Positions 14,116 to 27,196 of a DNA stretch of 64,000 nt are shown here, in pieces. Made by a program: the position numbers and the translations under genes. The notes below the pieces were generated by a model. The model did no database searches, was not told where the DNA came from, and saw nothing but the letters and a program-made list of their open reading frames with translations. Origin of the DNA: the human T2T-CHM13v2.0 reference genome, Homo sapiens; assembly GCF_009914755.1 (NCBI RefSeq), contig NC_060935.1; one strand, written 5' to 3'. Numbering within the stretch: the first letter of the stretch is position 1; every line of letters starts with the position of its first letter.

Positions 14116-16095
14116 AAGAAGACAGCATGTAAAATTCCTGTCTAGACTGGATTCAGGTTTTGCTTGTTTGTTCTGTACCTCATTCAAGGTACATTGCAGT
14201 GACAGAGTGGAGACGCCTTTGCCGGCCTTTGCTCCTTTATAGCAAATGCGTCATGGGCAGATGTGGGCTGGCTAGAGACTGCCTTCTGATGACTTCACCA
14301 AGTGTCTCCAAGCCTGAACTCCCTCCGATTGTCCACATTCTTTCACCTCAGACATATGCTCAGTTCCCAATTTCACTTGTTAGAGCTTCACCCTCTTTAC
14401 ACTCGAGATTTGGATTCCTGTTGAAATTCTGACCTCCTTGGAGCAGATAGAAATTTAAATTCATATTCTTTAACAATCTTAGCATGACACCAAAAACAGG
14501 ACATTAGAGGAATATGTAGCAAAGCAAGGAGCATTCGGGTACTGGAGCCACCTAATAGGGTGTCTGTCTCTTCATAGAGACCCAAGGAACCTTCAGGGGG
14601 TCTTGTTTTGTCCAAGTTGAGTGGCAAGCTTAAACAGCCAAGTCAGTGAAGGTAAAACAAAGGGCAGACCATCTGTGCTTGCAGACACAGCTAAACTAAT
14701 GTGAGGGAGAAAATACGGGCAATTACTTAGACATTTTGGAGCCTCAAGCAATTCTTCCTCAATCAAGTGAATATATCAGGTTGTAGAGATTTTTGGACTT
14801 GAGGTTACTAGGAGAATTGCTTCAATTTGTCATTCTTTGTTCATGTGTAGACGGTGCTAATGATAACATGTTTGCCACTCACTTATCTCAGTGGAGACAT
14901 AATTTTGTTTTATAGACTTTTCACACGACATCATGTTGATCAGTTAATAATTTATCAAGAACCTCTAGCCAAATATTAAAACAAATGTGCACCATAACAT
15001 ATCACTATATCTTTTCTTTGAACCATTCAGAGACACAGGCAGCAAGTCAAATTGCAAAACATCTGTGCTTCTTCATGGTCTTAATATAATGTGATTTTAA
15101 CTTTCCATGCAATTAGAATGAAAACCATTCCAATTCAAAGGCATGAACCAATATGGTGCACCTATTAAGGTTTTAAAACATTCATTCTGTCAAATAGGGA
15201 AAAAAATTGGTTCCCTTTGAGATTTTCTCCATTAAACTAGTTTCCTAATTACTACATGCTATTTAAATAGCTTTGACTGCACTTTTTATCTCAAATGATA
15301 CAGTTTAATTAGCCTGTAAAAACTTGTATGCCTCTAGTGAGAAAAAAATCTCACAACAAATCTAATCTATATCAGAGGACATAGATATTTATTAAAATAT
15401 TTTTGGTAGCTACCATCATTCTTCTTTTCCCTCCTTATCACCCCAAACTCAATTCCATTCTGTTCTCTAAATACAAAGTATTATAATTAATAGTAATAGC
15501 AGTGTCAACTATAATTTATTAAGCATCTACTTGGTACCAGGCAGGTTATATGTATTATTTTACTTAATTTTTAATTGTAGTCTAAGATTATAAATATTAT
15601 CCACATTTTATATATTAGAAAATGATATTGAATAGTAATTAGAAAGCTTTTTTCATTTGCTTAGTGTCCAAAGTGAGATTTAAACCCAGGTTTTCATCAC
15701 CAAAGTTTGTGCTCTTAATCACAGGGCCTGTCCTAATCTTTGTTGGCCCTTCAAATATAATTTATACAATGTAATTATCTATTTATTTAGTTAATTAAAC
15801 TGCTAATATAAGGTTAGAGAAAAATTTTTCTTTCTTTGTATTTTTTCAAATACACCCAAAACTAGAGAGAATAGTGTAATTAATCTCCATATATACCCAA
15901 TTGTATATAATCTCCAACCTATCCCACTTGTTTAATTTTTCTCTGCATATCTTTTTCAGGAGTATTTAGGGCAAATTTAAGCCATCAGGTCATGCTATCC
16001 ATGAATATGTCAGGATATATCTCTATCTGGAGACTTTTCCGACATAGCCACCACGTCATTATCACACTCAACAAAGTTATCATCTAACATCTAGT

Positions 16096-16730
16096 CTGCA
16101 GGGGTTAAGGTCCTGGTAGGAAACAGATGACATATTCAAAAGAGGTAATTGAAGATTTTTTAATAAAGGGACTATTTACAAAGGTGTGGCCAGGATAAAA
16201 TGAAATCAACCAGAGATGGTGCAGTACCTGAAAGCTCATAATTATGAAAAGCTGTTACCACCCATGGAAGAAGCAAAGGGAAGATGCATGCTGGGACTTG
16301 GAGTCATTAGCCTGATAAGAGGAAAGGAGCTGGGAGAATAAACAATTTCATCATTCTCCTTTCACCCTCAGAGCTCCTGTTCCTCCCTCCAAATCTGAAT
16401 CTAAAGGACAAGGAATGCCAGGTAATTTAGCTCAGGAGTTGCAAACTTTTTCTGTAAAGGGCCAGACCATTCATATTTTTAGTTTTGGGGCTGTATACAG
16501 TCTCTGTCCCATTTTCTTCTTCTTTTTTCTAATAACTTTTTAAAAATGTAAAAATCATTTTTAGCTCACAGGCTGTATGTAAACTGGCCACTGGGCAGAT
16601 TTGGCCCACAGGCCATTATTGGCCAATCCTTTTTAGTTTGTAAAGACCAGCCTCCTGGGGCACAGAGAGAGTCAAGTAGGGTTTCAAGTGGTTCTGGAAG
16701 AGCAAGTGGAAAATACCCAGGCAGTCACAG
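16096..16730 (-). mobile_element. ERVL solo LTR (LTR33-like), split by MER58
   Basis: ggtcctggtaggaaacagatgacatattcaaa...tttaataaagggactatttacaaaggtgtgg; a related copy lies at 37570-38030. Confidence 0.6.
16433..16632. mobile_element. MER58-family hAT DNA transposon relic
   Basis: caggagttgcaaactttttctgtaaagggccaga...gatttggcccacaggcc...ttggccaatcct, with degenerate terminal inverted repeats. Confidence 0.85.
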
Positions 16731-17617
16731 ACAAAGACAGCTCGTTCAAATGACGATCCCAGTGAGATCCACACATCACACTTAGTAGCTATGTCTATTT
16801 ATTCTATAAACCTTCTCCCATCCTTTTGGATTAATGCTATTGATTTGTTGGAGAGACAAAGTCTTTTGTCCTGGAGAAAAAGATTTAGCTAACTGCTTCC
16901 TTGTTGTACCCTTCAAGGTGTTTCCCTACCTTTTCTGTAAACTGACACAAGGCTTAATTAGATTTAGATTCTAACTTCTAGGAAATAATTCAAAGTTGGT
17001 ACTATATACTTCCAATTACATCATATCATGAGACGTGTAATGTTTCTTGGTGTCCCACTTTCAGTGATGCTAAGATTGATCAGTGGGCTCAGGCACTGTC
17101 AGCCTCATGTCTCCATGATCAAATTTCCTATTAATCTTGTATCTACTGTTTTACAACTTCCATTGATGAATATTTCCTAAACCCATTATTTAATGAGGTT
17201 TGTAAAATGGGGATATTTAAATTCTATTATTGCTTCTGCATTTATTAGCTAGGTTTCTTCTGTAAAGACTCTCCCTCATTAGCTATTTGTTTACCTTGAA
17301 ATATAGTTCATATTGGAAATGGAGAATACATGCTTAATTTTTTTTCCTTTACCAATTTTAACTTAGTTCCCTAGAGATCCTCAACAGTGATCAATGAGAT
17401 TTTAAGAAATATTATTTTGAATCTATGAGATTGTGTGTATACACACACACATATACACATATATATATATATACACAAACCCATAAATATAAAATGTTTA
17501 CAACACACACACATATGGTATATCAATTTATTGCAAACATTATTCATTGTGTTTCTTACATTATTCCATCTTATATAAATGACACTTCTTTATGTTAGCT
17601 CCTGTGTCTTTTTGTTT

Positions 17618-18023
17618 GTGACTTAAAACAACAGAAATTGATATTCTCACAGTTTCTAAATCAACATGTTGGCACAGCTACACTACCTCCATAGGCTCTA
17701 GGGGAGATTTTTTCCTTGCCTTTCTCAGCTTCTGGTGGTGTCAGCATTCTTGGGCTTGTGGATGCCTTACTCAAGAGACTGTATAGGCTTCTGTCTTTAC
17801 ATGGCCTTCTCTTTTTCTATGTGTTCCCTTTTCTATGTATCTCTTGTCATATGGTCACCCATTACTGGATTTAGGGCCCACCAGATAATCCAGGATGAGC
17901 TTATCATAAGACCTTTAACTTAATTACATCTGCAAAGACCCTTTTTCCAAATAATATCACATTCAAAGGTTCTGGGGATTACGACATGGAAATTTTAGCA
18001 GGGGCACCATTCAACCCACTACA
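17618..18023 (-). mobile_element. MLT1C-like MaLR LTR lacking its last ~45 nt
   Basis: Minus strand begins tgtagtgggttgaatggtgcccc, contains ggtctttgcagatgtaattaagtta and ends tttctgttgttttaagtcac. Confidence 0.85.
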
Positions 18024-21000
18024 AATGTCTTTTTGTTATTTATTTTGTAATAATTGATCTATTAACAGAAAATGTGTTTTTGAGGACCATTAATGAGTTA
18101 CAAACTACAATATCTTAAATGTCAGGGATATTGGTTGGCATTTTGTTTTATATCAACATTACCGATAGTAAAACTTTACTGGTGACCTATGACATATAAA
18201 ATTATCAAATTGATGATAATAAAGCAACTACAAACTTGAGAAAAATTACATTATTTTTGCTAATAAAATTATTTGTTTTTTCTGCCACTGTGGTTCTGTA
18301 TATGTTTAGGGAGGGAGGAAGAAAGGTCAAAGGTTAAAAATATAGTTGAATGCATTAAATAGTTTTAATTCCACTTGATAACAAAAACTTGAATCGGCTT
18401 GTCCAATTTTCAAGGATTCACGTTTTCTCTCTATTATAAATTTCCTAACCAAATGCTGTCCCACCTCTTTTATATAATAGAATGGCTTATCCATTCTGTA
18501 ATAGCATAAAAGCGTTAGAAGACATAGAGGAAGCAGATGCGTTTTCTCTATATCTTTTCAAACAGAAAAAAACAGATAAAATGTTAAAATTTTTGTTTGA
18601 AACACATATGACTCCGCTTCAAAGAATCACCATTTCCAAGGGAGAAAACTTTTGAGTGCATTACAAGCATTCAGAAAGATGTTACATTGTCAAAAGCTGC
18701 ATTTCATTCTCCAGTGTTATCATAATGACTGCAACGCAGACTCCTGTGTCCTTTTGATAGATTTCTTATCCCTGGAAAAGCAAGATAGCTTGGGCTCATT
18801 TTAGGCATTTCTTGCCCTACATCTGAAATCAGCTATTTCTCCCATCAAACCTTGTTCGTTTTAGTAGGAAATTGTATTTAGAGATGACGATGTGAGTGCT
18901 AGGGTTATTTATTCTAATGGGTTGTCATTGTTTTCTAGCCTTTATTTTCCTTAAAAGTAAGCAGTCTCTGTTTTTCTTATACTTGGGTGAACTTAAATCT
19001 CCTTTCTGTCATCTGCTTCTCTTATTATCCAGACTCTGTTGTCTAGTCTTTCATGCTTCTTCTAGTTTAGCCTTCATTCTGAATTGCTTTTTTTTTTCTC
19101 AATTTATTTCCCAAACCCTGACAGAACTTTTTCACATCTCCTGGATTTCAACCAGGTAATTTCTGAGATGTTCTGCTCCTTAGTTATGCTAAATTTTCAT
19201 AGCTTCCATTCTGTTCTTAATTTATCTTAGCTCCTTTTGTAATATTAAGCTATAGTTTTCATCAGTTTTGTGGTCATACGTTTCTGATATGCTTCATTAA
19301 TGGTTACTTTTAGATTCCTCTTTTTTTTCCATACAATGTCAGCTTTTTCATTTTCTCTTATTTCTTTAAGATGTCCTTTTTTCCCCCTTATTCTTTTAGA
19401 AGGAGATTCCTATGGAGAAAGGCTAAGGTAGTTTTCCTAGAGGAATGTCTCTAAGGCTCCCTCCTCTACCGTGACCTTGAAGTATTAAAAACTTCAGCTT
19501 CCCAGGTCAACAGGCCTGCTTCCCCTCACCTCTGCTCCTCTTAGTATTCAAGCCTTCTCTCCAGTTTCCACCATTGTTTCTACACAGCTCAATTTCTGTA
19601 TGCATATCCATTTGTTCTCACAGTAAGAGTCTGTCTTTATAGAGGGGAAGATCTGGCCAGATAACTCTGTGGCTCCTGAGGATGTCAGCTGCCTAGAACC
19701 TTCTGATTTTCTCACAGGTGATTACTATGTGTTATTTGTACTCATCTGCACACTAGAGTCTGTGGGGCTTTACAACAGTTTATCAATGGGTTATTTCTAG
19801 GTTCTGAACTCAAGGGTTTCACTCCCGGTAAGGTCATCTCTTTTTAGGTATGAGCATTTGATGGCAATGTCTGTGTTTCGAAGCTTTTAGAACACCAAGA
19901 CTCTCTCTTCTATCCTCTCTACTGCTTCTACAACTGGCAACCCTGTGCGTGTCCTGAGCAGGTTCTGCTGTTGATGGTGGTTTAGCTCTGACCATTTGTA
20001 CTCTGGAGTTTTCAGGGCCTCAGGGAAACCCATTGTCATCTTATTTTTTTGAAGATGCCATCCTTTTTATTTTTATTTTAAATCTTGCTATTCTAGTTTA
20101 TCTGTCTGTACTTGTGTTTCATGACAAAATTTGGGAATATTAAACAGTATGCTGCCATAATAATTTTGTTCCAGCTGAAAGTCTGAGGTCACTCCTAAAA
20201 ACCTGACCTAACATGGTTAGGTTTGAAAGCATAAAAAATAACACAGGACCTTGCAGAATTGAACCTCGTGCCACATGGGGAAAAATTCAACTGGTTCTGG
20301 AATTAGCTTCCCACACCAGGCATGATTGTTTGCAGCTGTCATCAGTGCTTCAGGCAAAATAGCAAAGAAGGCACAGCTCGTCTCTGGCTGCCTTCCTCCT
20401 GCCTCACTCACATTGCACCTGGGCCAGTGGGCACAGGGGCTCGGGTCTTCTGAGCCTTGCCGTGAAGGGTCATTACTGGGCAGACCCTGTGGGGTATAGG
20501 CCATGCATTCAAAGTCAGGCAGGTACAAGAAAAGCTAGGGAGTTGGATAAAGGCAGAGGGATAGCATCTGTGAGCCCAGCCACAGGCGAAAGAGTTCACA
20601 GGCAGGGCCGGCAATTGCTTCCGAAGGCCAATTACCCAGAGTCAGAGCAAAGGAGGGCCCATGAGAGCTAGCTGTCCAGGCTGAGGCCACTCAGGCTCCC
20701 ATTTGCTCCTGTCCTTGTTGCCCAGATCTGCTGCACTTAGAATGCTCGCTCAGTGTCTGTTACTCAGCAGGGCTATGATCTTGAGCTATACTGGGAAGCA
20801 TAATGGAGCACCTTTTCTACCTGGAGCCGTAAAATCTGGTCATAACTTTTATCCTTGTCCATGGAACAGCCTTTCTTTCTGATTGCAATAATTATCTCAC
20901 ACATGGCACTGTTATGATTTGGAGATTCTCATGCTCAGTATCTGAAGGCAGATGAAAACCATTCCAAACAAATGTCCTTAACTACCTTTTCCTTTCCTCA

Positions 21001-21060
21001 AAGGGCTCCATCTCTGCATAATTCTTTTTGTCCCTGAAGTGTTGGAGAAAAAGGTGGGTC

Positions 21061-21451
21061 TGTATGGTAGATGCACTCTGAGAACAACCTTGTATGGCAG
21101 AATGTGTGTTCAGAGTTCTGAGCATGGCCAACCGGAGATTCATTCCTTATCTATGAAGAACATCTGAGCCCTGTCCCATCCTATGGAACATGGGCCTTAT
21201 AAGGAATCAAGGCCCTTTGTTTTAGGTTAAATGGAAATTGCCAGGTAGAGGTTGCTAAGCCAAGGTGCAATATAAACTGCATGCTTTTTTCAGGCAGGGA
21301 GGTTCTCCTATCCAGCCTGTCACTAAACTGCTCTCTGCATGTAAGTTCCCCTCAGAATACCCTATGTCTTGTTTGGTGGCTCTGGGTCTATTCTTTGTCC
21401 TCTTAAACCTGGTGCCTTCCCTATTGAAATGAATACGGGTCTGGCATGACA
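21061..21451 (+). mobile_element. ERVL solo LTR (LTR47-like)
   Basis: TG...CA termini; 5-bp TSD gggtc/aggtc (21056-21060, 21452-21456); ggccaaccggagattcattccttatctatga motif; TATA-like tataaa. Confidence 0.75.
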
Positions 21452-22719
21452 AGGTCTCCTTCTCGTGATGACTAAAACCTCAAGTGTTCTGCAGAAAATA
21501 TATCCAAGAGATAGATGCTCAATGGAAAAACAACAAAAATCCCAGCATTTACTAAATACTTAATTTTGCTAGGTCCCGCACCAGGAGCTTTATTCACATT
21601 ATCTAATTTCATTTACACAACAAAGTTGTGTGGTGGGTCTATCGGTTAAGGTTTAGTTGTAGGTCACATAAGCCACCCATTTTAGGTAAGAAGGGATTTA
21701 ATACAGGAAAATGAGGTGCCTACCATAATTATCAAGTGTTAGAGATGCAGGCTCTAGGCCAGTCTTCCAGAAAAATGCCAGGGAACTGACCATCCAACCA
21801 GGAACTTCTAACTCTGCCACAATCGAGAAGCTACTCTAAGGATTGCAGACTTCAGGATCCTTCTCTTTAGCTGTCATAGAGGAATCGGGAAGCTGCTGCT
21901 GAAACTTGGTCCCAGGAATACGCCTCACCACCCATGCCTTGGGGACCAGGCCAGGTGCCAAATGCGCAGGACCAAAGTGGATGTCTTAGGTGCTGCCTCC
22001 CCTCTCCTTACTAAACTCAGTTCCAAATGCCAGTCTGATTGGCAGAACCTAAATTACTGCAGCAACCCTTGCGAAAAGGGAGCTGGGAAAATGTAGCTTT
22101 TAGTTTTCTAGCCTCGGTCATACAGACAGGCACACTGGGAAGGCGATTGGTCACGTTCAGAGGAGGAAATGGAGCTGGGCAACAACCAGAAGAACTAGTC
22201 CCAGGAGTAGAACTGGAAGAGCCAGGATTTAATCCAGAGCTAAGCTGGAGTTTCCAACCACCTCACTCTTCCATCTGCCCTCAAAGGAATCTGTGGTCAA
22301 AGGTGTGAAAGGCCATTTTATGAACATGGTCAGAACTTCACTATCAACAAACATCTTTTCCTGACCATGCTGCCTTTTCAAGTGTTGATTCTACTCCATT
22401 ATTTTCACTTCCACTAACTTCTTCATATGCAGGAGGAATTTTCTAGACCTCATAATTTATGAAAATTACTGCCCAGCTTTTGGTCTGCTGCATGTGGGTG
22501 GATAGACAGGTTCTTCATTTGACTGAATTATACTGGTGGCAAATTACATTGCTTTAATTCCTCATGGGAAAGTAATTATCTTTATTAGTACAAATTACGT
22601 TTAAGACAGGGAATAAAATGAAAACCCTGGTTCCTTCTATAAATGGACCTCAGGAAATTCTAATTGATATCAAAATGGCTCCAGGGAATTTATTGATTCC
22701 TTTGTTTCTTTACTTGCTT

Positions 22720-23200
22720 ATTCATCAAACAAATGTTTATTAAGCATTTACTATGTGTCAAGAATACAATGGTATAGCAACATGCACCGTCCCTGCTTTC
22801 AAGGGACTTATAGTCTAGAGGAGAAAACCAACATTAAATAACTATGTGAAGAGGGTTAATGTAGGAGGAAATGGGTGTTATAAGAATAACAGCAGAAAGG
22901 TGAGCACATTCTTCCCTAAAGGAGCTTCATCTCAGCTGCTACCTGGAGATGCATACAGGTTAGCCATGACGAAGAGGGAAGGGATGAGTGCTTAATCAGA
23001 AGGGGGCTGCCATGCTGAAGTCTTGGAAAGGAGAGAGAGCAGGGTGCATTTGAGATGGTGAATGAGGAACTGTGTGCTTGGAGTGTAGGGGCTAGAGGTA
23101 GGGAGTGGAGTGAACCAATATGAGCTGTAAAGTGGGGTGTTGGGGAAGTCATGTGCAGGATTATAGTTGATTGAACAGAACAAGAACTCTCCATTCCATT
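22720..23200 (-). mobile_element. L2 LINE 3' fragment
   Basis: attcatcaaacaaatgtttattaagcatttactatgtgtca...ccctgctttcaagggacttatagtctag. Confidence 0.75.
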
Positions 23201-23722
23201 CAGTATGGTCAGTTGATGTTGCTGCTGGCTGAGCCAGATAGAAATACAGGTTGAAATAGTGAGCAATGAGGTTAGTGAGGTTAACAAGTCTGTATTAATA
23301 GAGAGTAGCAGATGCTACTGAAACATACATGCAATTTTAAGATCTTTTCTTTTTCAGTGCATACTCTACCTTTGTAACACAGAGGTAAAATTTTATAAAG
23401 ATCCACTCTTTGCAAAAGCATTTTTCTAATGTCCAATGGATATTTAGAGCAACAATACAAAAATTATCATTTTTAAAAAACTTGCTCATATATTTCTGTA
23501 TTCTAATAATCAGGCCTTCTCTGTTCAGTAGGGGATGGAGGTTTCTATTTTTAAATAATTATTTTTTTATCTTTCACATTTATTCGAAGATTCCCAGTAT
23601 TATTCATGAAAGGCTGATTATTTCATAATAATTATTATTTAAAAATGAACGTTGTAATGGTAAATGGTAATATTTAACTACTACTTTTGGAGAAAAAAGT
23701 GTATGTTCCCCTTCTCTTACAG

Positions 23723-23923
23723 TTTTTGTTGTTGTTGTTGTTTATGAGATGGAGTCTCGCTCTGTCGCCCAGGCTGGAATGCAGTGGTGTGATCTCGGCT
23801 CACTGCAACTCTGCCTCTTGGGTTCAAGCGATTCTCCTGCCTCAGCCTCCCGAGTAGCTGGGACTACAGGCGCATGCCACCACGCCCGGCTAATTTTTTG
23901 TATTTTTAGTAAAGACGGGTTTT
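23723..23923 (-). mobile_element. 5'-truncated AluS (right arm plus linker) with (TTG)n tail
   Basis: gagatggagtctcgctctgtcgcccaggctgg...tgtatttttagtaaagacggg. Confidence 0.95.
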
Positions 23924-24414
23924 TACCCAAAGTTTTGAATTTAGGATAGCCTACTGTTGAAGAAGGTGCTGGTGACTGGGAATGTGATGGAGATGTCCCA
24001 GTTGTAAGCACAGAGGTAGATGGAGGGAGAATAGGCAGGCAGGTGGCATGAGGTCTTCAGAGAGTGTGGCAGCCCACACAGGATAGTAGCAAGGCAGCAG
24101 ATGACATCTGCAAAGCTGATACAAAGCAAACATCTGTGGTGTTTCTGGGCCATGGACGGAGCCCAGGTCTACAATCCTGAGATTACTTATTTGACTCTCT
24201 GACTCTCAACAGTGTACAGAAGGCACCAGAGCAGGTTAGGAGACATTAAGGTCCATAACAAATTTACTTCCACGTATGTAGGAATGAAAGGAATGACTGT
24301 GAGTAGCAGGCAGGGGTGATACAAAACCAAACCATGCTGGATATGAAGTTTGGGTGTTTTGTCCATTTCCACCTTCCATGGACTCAGTGAACTTTTGCTG
24401 CTTTCTCCTTTGTC

Positions 24415-25215
24415 CCAATTCACTCATTCTCTCTACGTATCTAGGTGCAAGGCACTATAGTAAGTATTGAGTCATCAACAATTCATTAAATCATTTGACA
24501 ATTATTTATTGAATATCTATTATATGCCCACAATGTTCTACACACTGGTGAATAAGACAGAAGATTCTGTATTCATGGAATTTATATTCTGATGGAGGAG
24601 AAAAATAAGCATATACACAATGGGTATTTGAAAGTAATGTAGAAAAAGCACTAAATAGAGAACTTTAGGTCAGGCAATGAAATAGTAACATGGTGACTAC
24701 TTTAGTTTGAGTTGTAGGGAGGGCTTCCTGGAGGCAATGAACCCTGTGCTGAGATCTGAAATAGTAAGTCCTTGGAAGATCAGGGAGCAGAGGATTTCAC
24801 ACATAGGAACAGCTAGTATAAAGCTCTGTATCAGGAAAGGTTTTGGCATGCTCAAGGAAAATGTGAGCCTTTGTAGCCGGAACACAGTGAGGGGGAGAGA
24901 GAACAACAAAGATTGGAGAGGCAGGGAGAGACATTTGGGGTCTCATAGGCAAGGGAACAACACTTGACTTTAAGTGCATTGGAAAGCCACTGGGAATTTC
25001 TTTATCCTGTCTGCCTATTTATCAATCATCTATCTGTCTATCTATCATTGCCATAGAATACATTGAAATGTATTGTTTGTTTGCTATCGCATAGATGATA
25101 TGTTATTGCAGATGTCATTCTGAACCTTGCTTTTTTCACTTCACAATATGCCTTAGAAGCTAAGCTGCTCTGGGGATTTTTAAGCAGAGAAATGATATAA
25201 TCTGATTTACAATTT
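24415..25215 (-). mobile_element. L2 fragments, with a small old L1 piece nested at ~25000-25168
   Basis: tttgacaattatttattgaatatctattatatgcc... and ggaaagccactggga|...|ggatttttaagcagagaaatgatataatctgattta; the nested piece is flanked by ctgggaattt / ctggggattt. Confidence 0.7.
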
Positions 25216-25724
25216 AAAAAAAAAAACATGAGCAGGTTAGGAGACATTATGGAGGAAATGTGCTATGGGGGAAATGCATGGTATAGGAATAAGATTGCAT
25301 GGAATGTGAACAAGGGAGAATGAGGAAGTGGAACCCTGCCCTCAAGAAGCTCAGTCTTTCTCTTTTCCCTTCTTCTCAGCACGTTCATTCTCGGTGTCAG
25401 TGTCAGTCTAGTTGCCTGCGTAGCTGTCATGGGTCTCCCACACTAACTGTAAGATCCCTGGGGGCCAAGTCAGTGTCTTTCTTGTTCATCTCAGTGTCTC
25501 CAGCACCTACCAAGTTACCTGATTTTTCTATAGGTGCTCAATCAACACTTGCTGGAGGGATGAATTAGCAAAACTAGGTAGTTTTGCTAACAAATCGTCT
25601 TACCCCAAATAGCATGACTTTATTCCGCTGCTTAGTCAGTGTTTGTGATGAAATGTCTAATGTGAGATGTCTCAGAGAGATACCTTTATGTGACAATAAA
25701 ATGAAGAGCAGTATTCAGATTTTT

Positions 25725-26045
25725 GCATCATGTTTTCAGGATGATGGACAACAATCTGGGTGGTGAAAGGCACAAAAACTAATCCATATAAAATGGCTAA
25801 GAATATGAAGGACGTTGGTGCTGGCGAGCATAAGACTCAGGGGAGCATGACAGCTGCCTTTGAATACATAAGGAACTGTCACATAGAAGAGAGAGCATGC
25901 TTATTTTATCTCATTCCTGGGGAAGAAGAAGGAGTAAGATGTGTCCATCTCAAATAAAGAAAAATAATTTTCTACAGTTATCCAGGAATAAAATAGGTTC
26001 CCTGGTGAAGTAATGAGCACATTGTCACCAGAGATACTCAAATAC
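25725..26045 (+). mobile_element. L3/CR1 LINE fragment
   Basis: gggagcatgacagctgcctttgaatacataaggaactgtcacatagaagag...gaagtaatgagc resembles the CR1 ORF2 3' end. Confidence 0.65.
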
Positions 26046-27196
26046 TGCAACAGACATTATGCTAAGGACTTTCCCAACATGACCTCTTTTAATTTTTATA
26101 ACAACTCTATGTGGTAGCAATGATTGATTTTTAGATGAGAAGTTTCAGGCTTAGAGAAGCTAAGTGACTTTTATAAGGGCACATAATTAGTAAATGGAGG
26201 AACAAGGAGTGGGCCCAGGTCTCTCTGACGGAATCCTTTGTTTTTCACCATATTAGGTGCCGGCATGCCCAGGAAATTTCCAGACCATGGCCTCTATCTC
26301 TGTTCTCTCTCAGGCCTAGGTTACAACATTTAATTCCCCTCCATTACCAAGAAGGAGGAGTGGCACTTAAATGCAAGGATATTTACTGGCCAATGTTTGT
26401 AGGTGCTAAAAGCTGGATGCAATGGGAAAAGTCCTTCTGTTTCTTCCCTCTCTAAAGCTGAATGGAGGGAGATCTGGGGCAGCTCTTCCTGAGAGAAGCA
26501 CCAGCCATTTCTCTCTCTCTTTGGCCTCCTCTAGTCCTTTCTAATTCTTGCTTCTACAAGACAGGTCCCCAGGTTGGTCTCTGCTGGCCCTGTCAAGAGT
26601 GCCAGGGCTGGGTCTGTGTCCTTTAGGGATCTCACAGGGAGACGGCTGCTTAATAGCAGGTCTCAGATACTCCTTGGTTCCTAGTCCAAAGTCATCCCCA
26701 TCTTACCCCCACATCCAGACACACCCTGCATCCTCTGACAGTTAAGTTTCTTCTAACAGTTTGGCTTTCTAATATTCTTTTGATATAAGATGATTTCTAT
26801 TGAGAATTCAGAAAGGGAGAGTGGCAGGAAAGATTACTGTTTGTTGCTTTGTTTTGTTTTACTATATTCATGTTTGTGGAATTATTGAATGAGAGGAAGT
26901 TTTTTTTTTCTAATTCTTTGGGGTTCTTAGTTTTGTTTATTGGCCTCTGTGAAGGAGAATGTAAGGCTTGTGATCTCCACAAAGCCAAGGAGTAGTCGTA
27001 TTTGGATTTCTGATAAAGTAATGATCTGAAAAGCCTATCTAATATCCTTGCATGATTGATGAGTTGTTGACAAGCTGGCACAGTGTCCTTCCTTTTCTTA
27101 TACTGTCCAGAGCCCTACGTGGGCAGTACTGGTGGAAAACCCAACAGAGAGGTGCTTCACTCATGGGCACCAGAAAGGATAATCCCTCTAGCTCAT

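Larger units (their letters stand above)
15825..18950 (-). mobile_element. Old L1MC-like 3' region, interrupted by nested LTR, MER58 and a 1.1 kb insert
   Basis: L1MC-type segments at 15825-16090, ~16740-17614 and 18741-18950 (e.g. gtgatgctaagattgatcagtggg, gaaatcagctatttctcc). Confidence 0.7.

Noticed and set aside
21915-21928. 14-nt inverted match to ~63491-63504 (ggaatacgcctcac)
   Set aside because: Matches of this length are expected by chance in 64 kb
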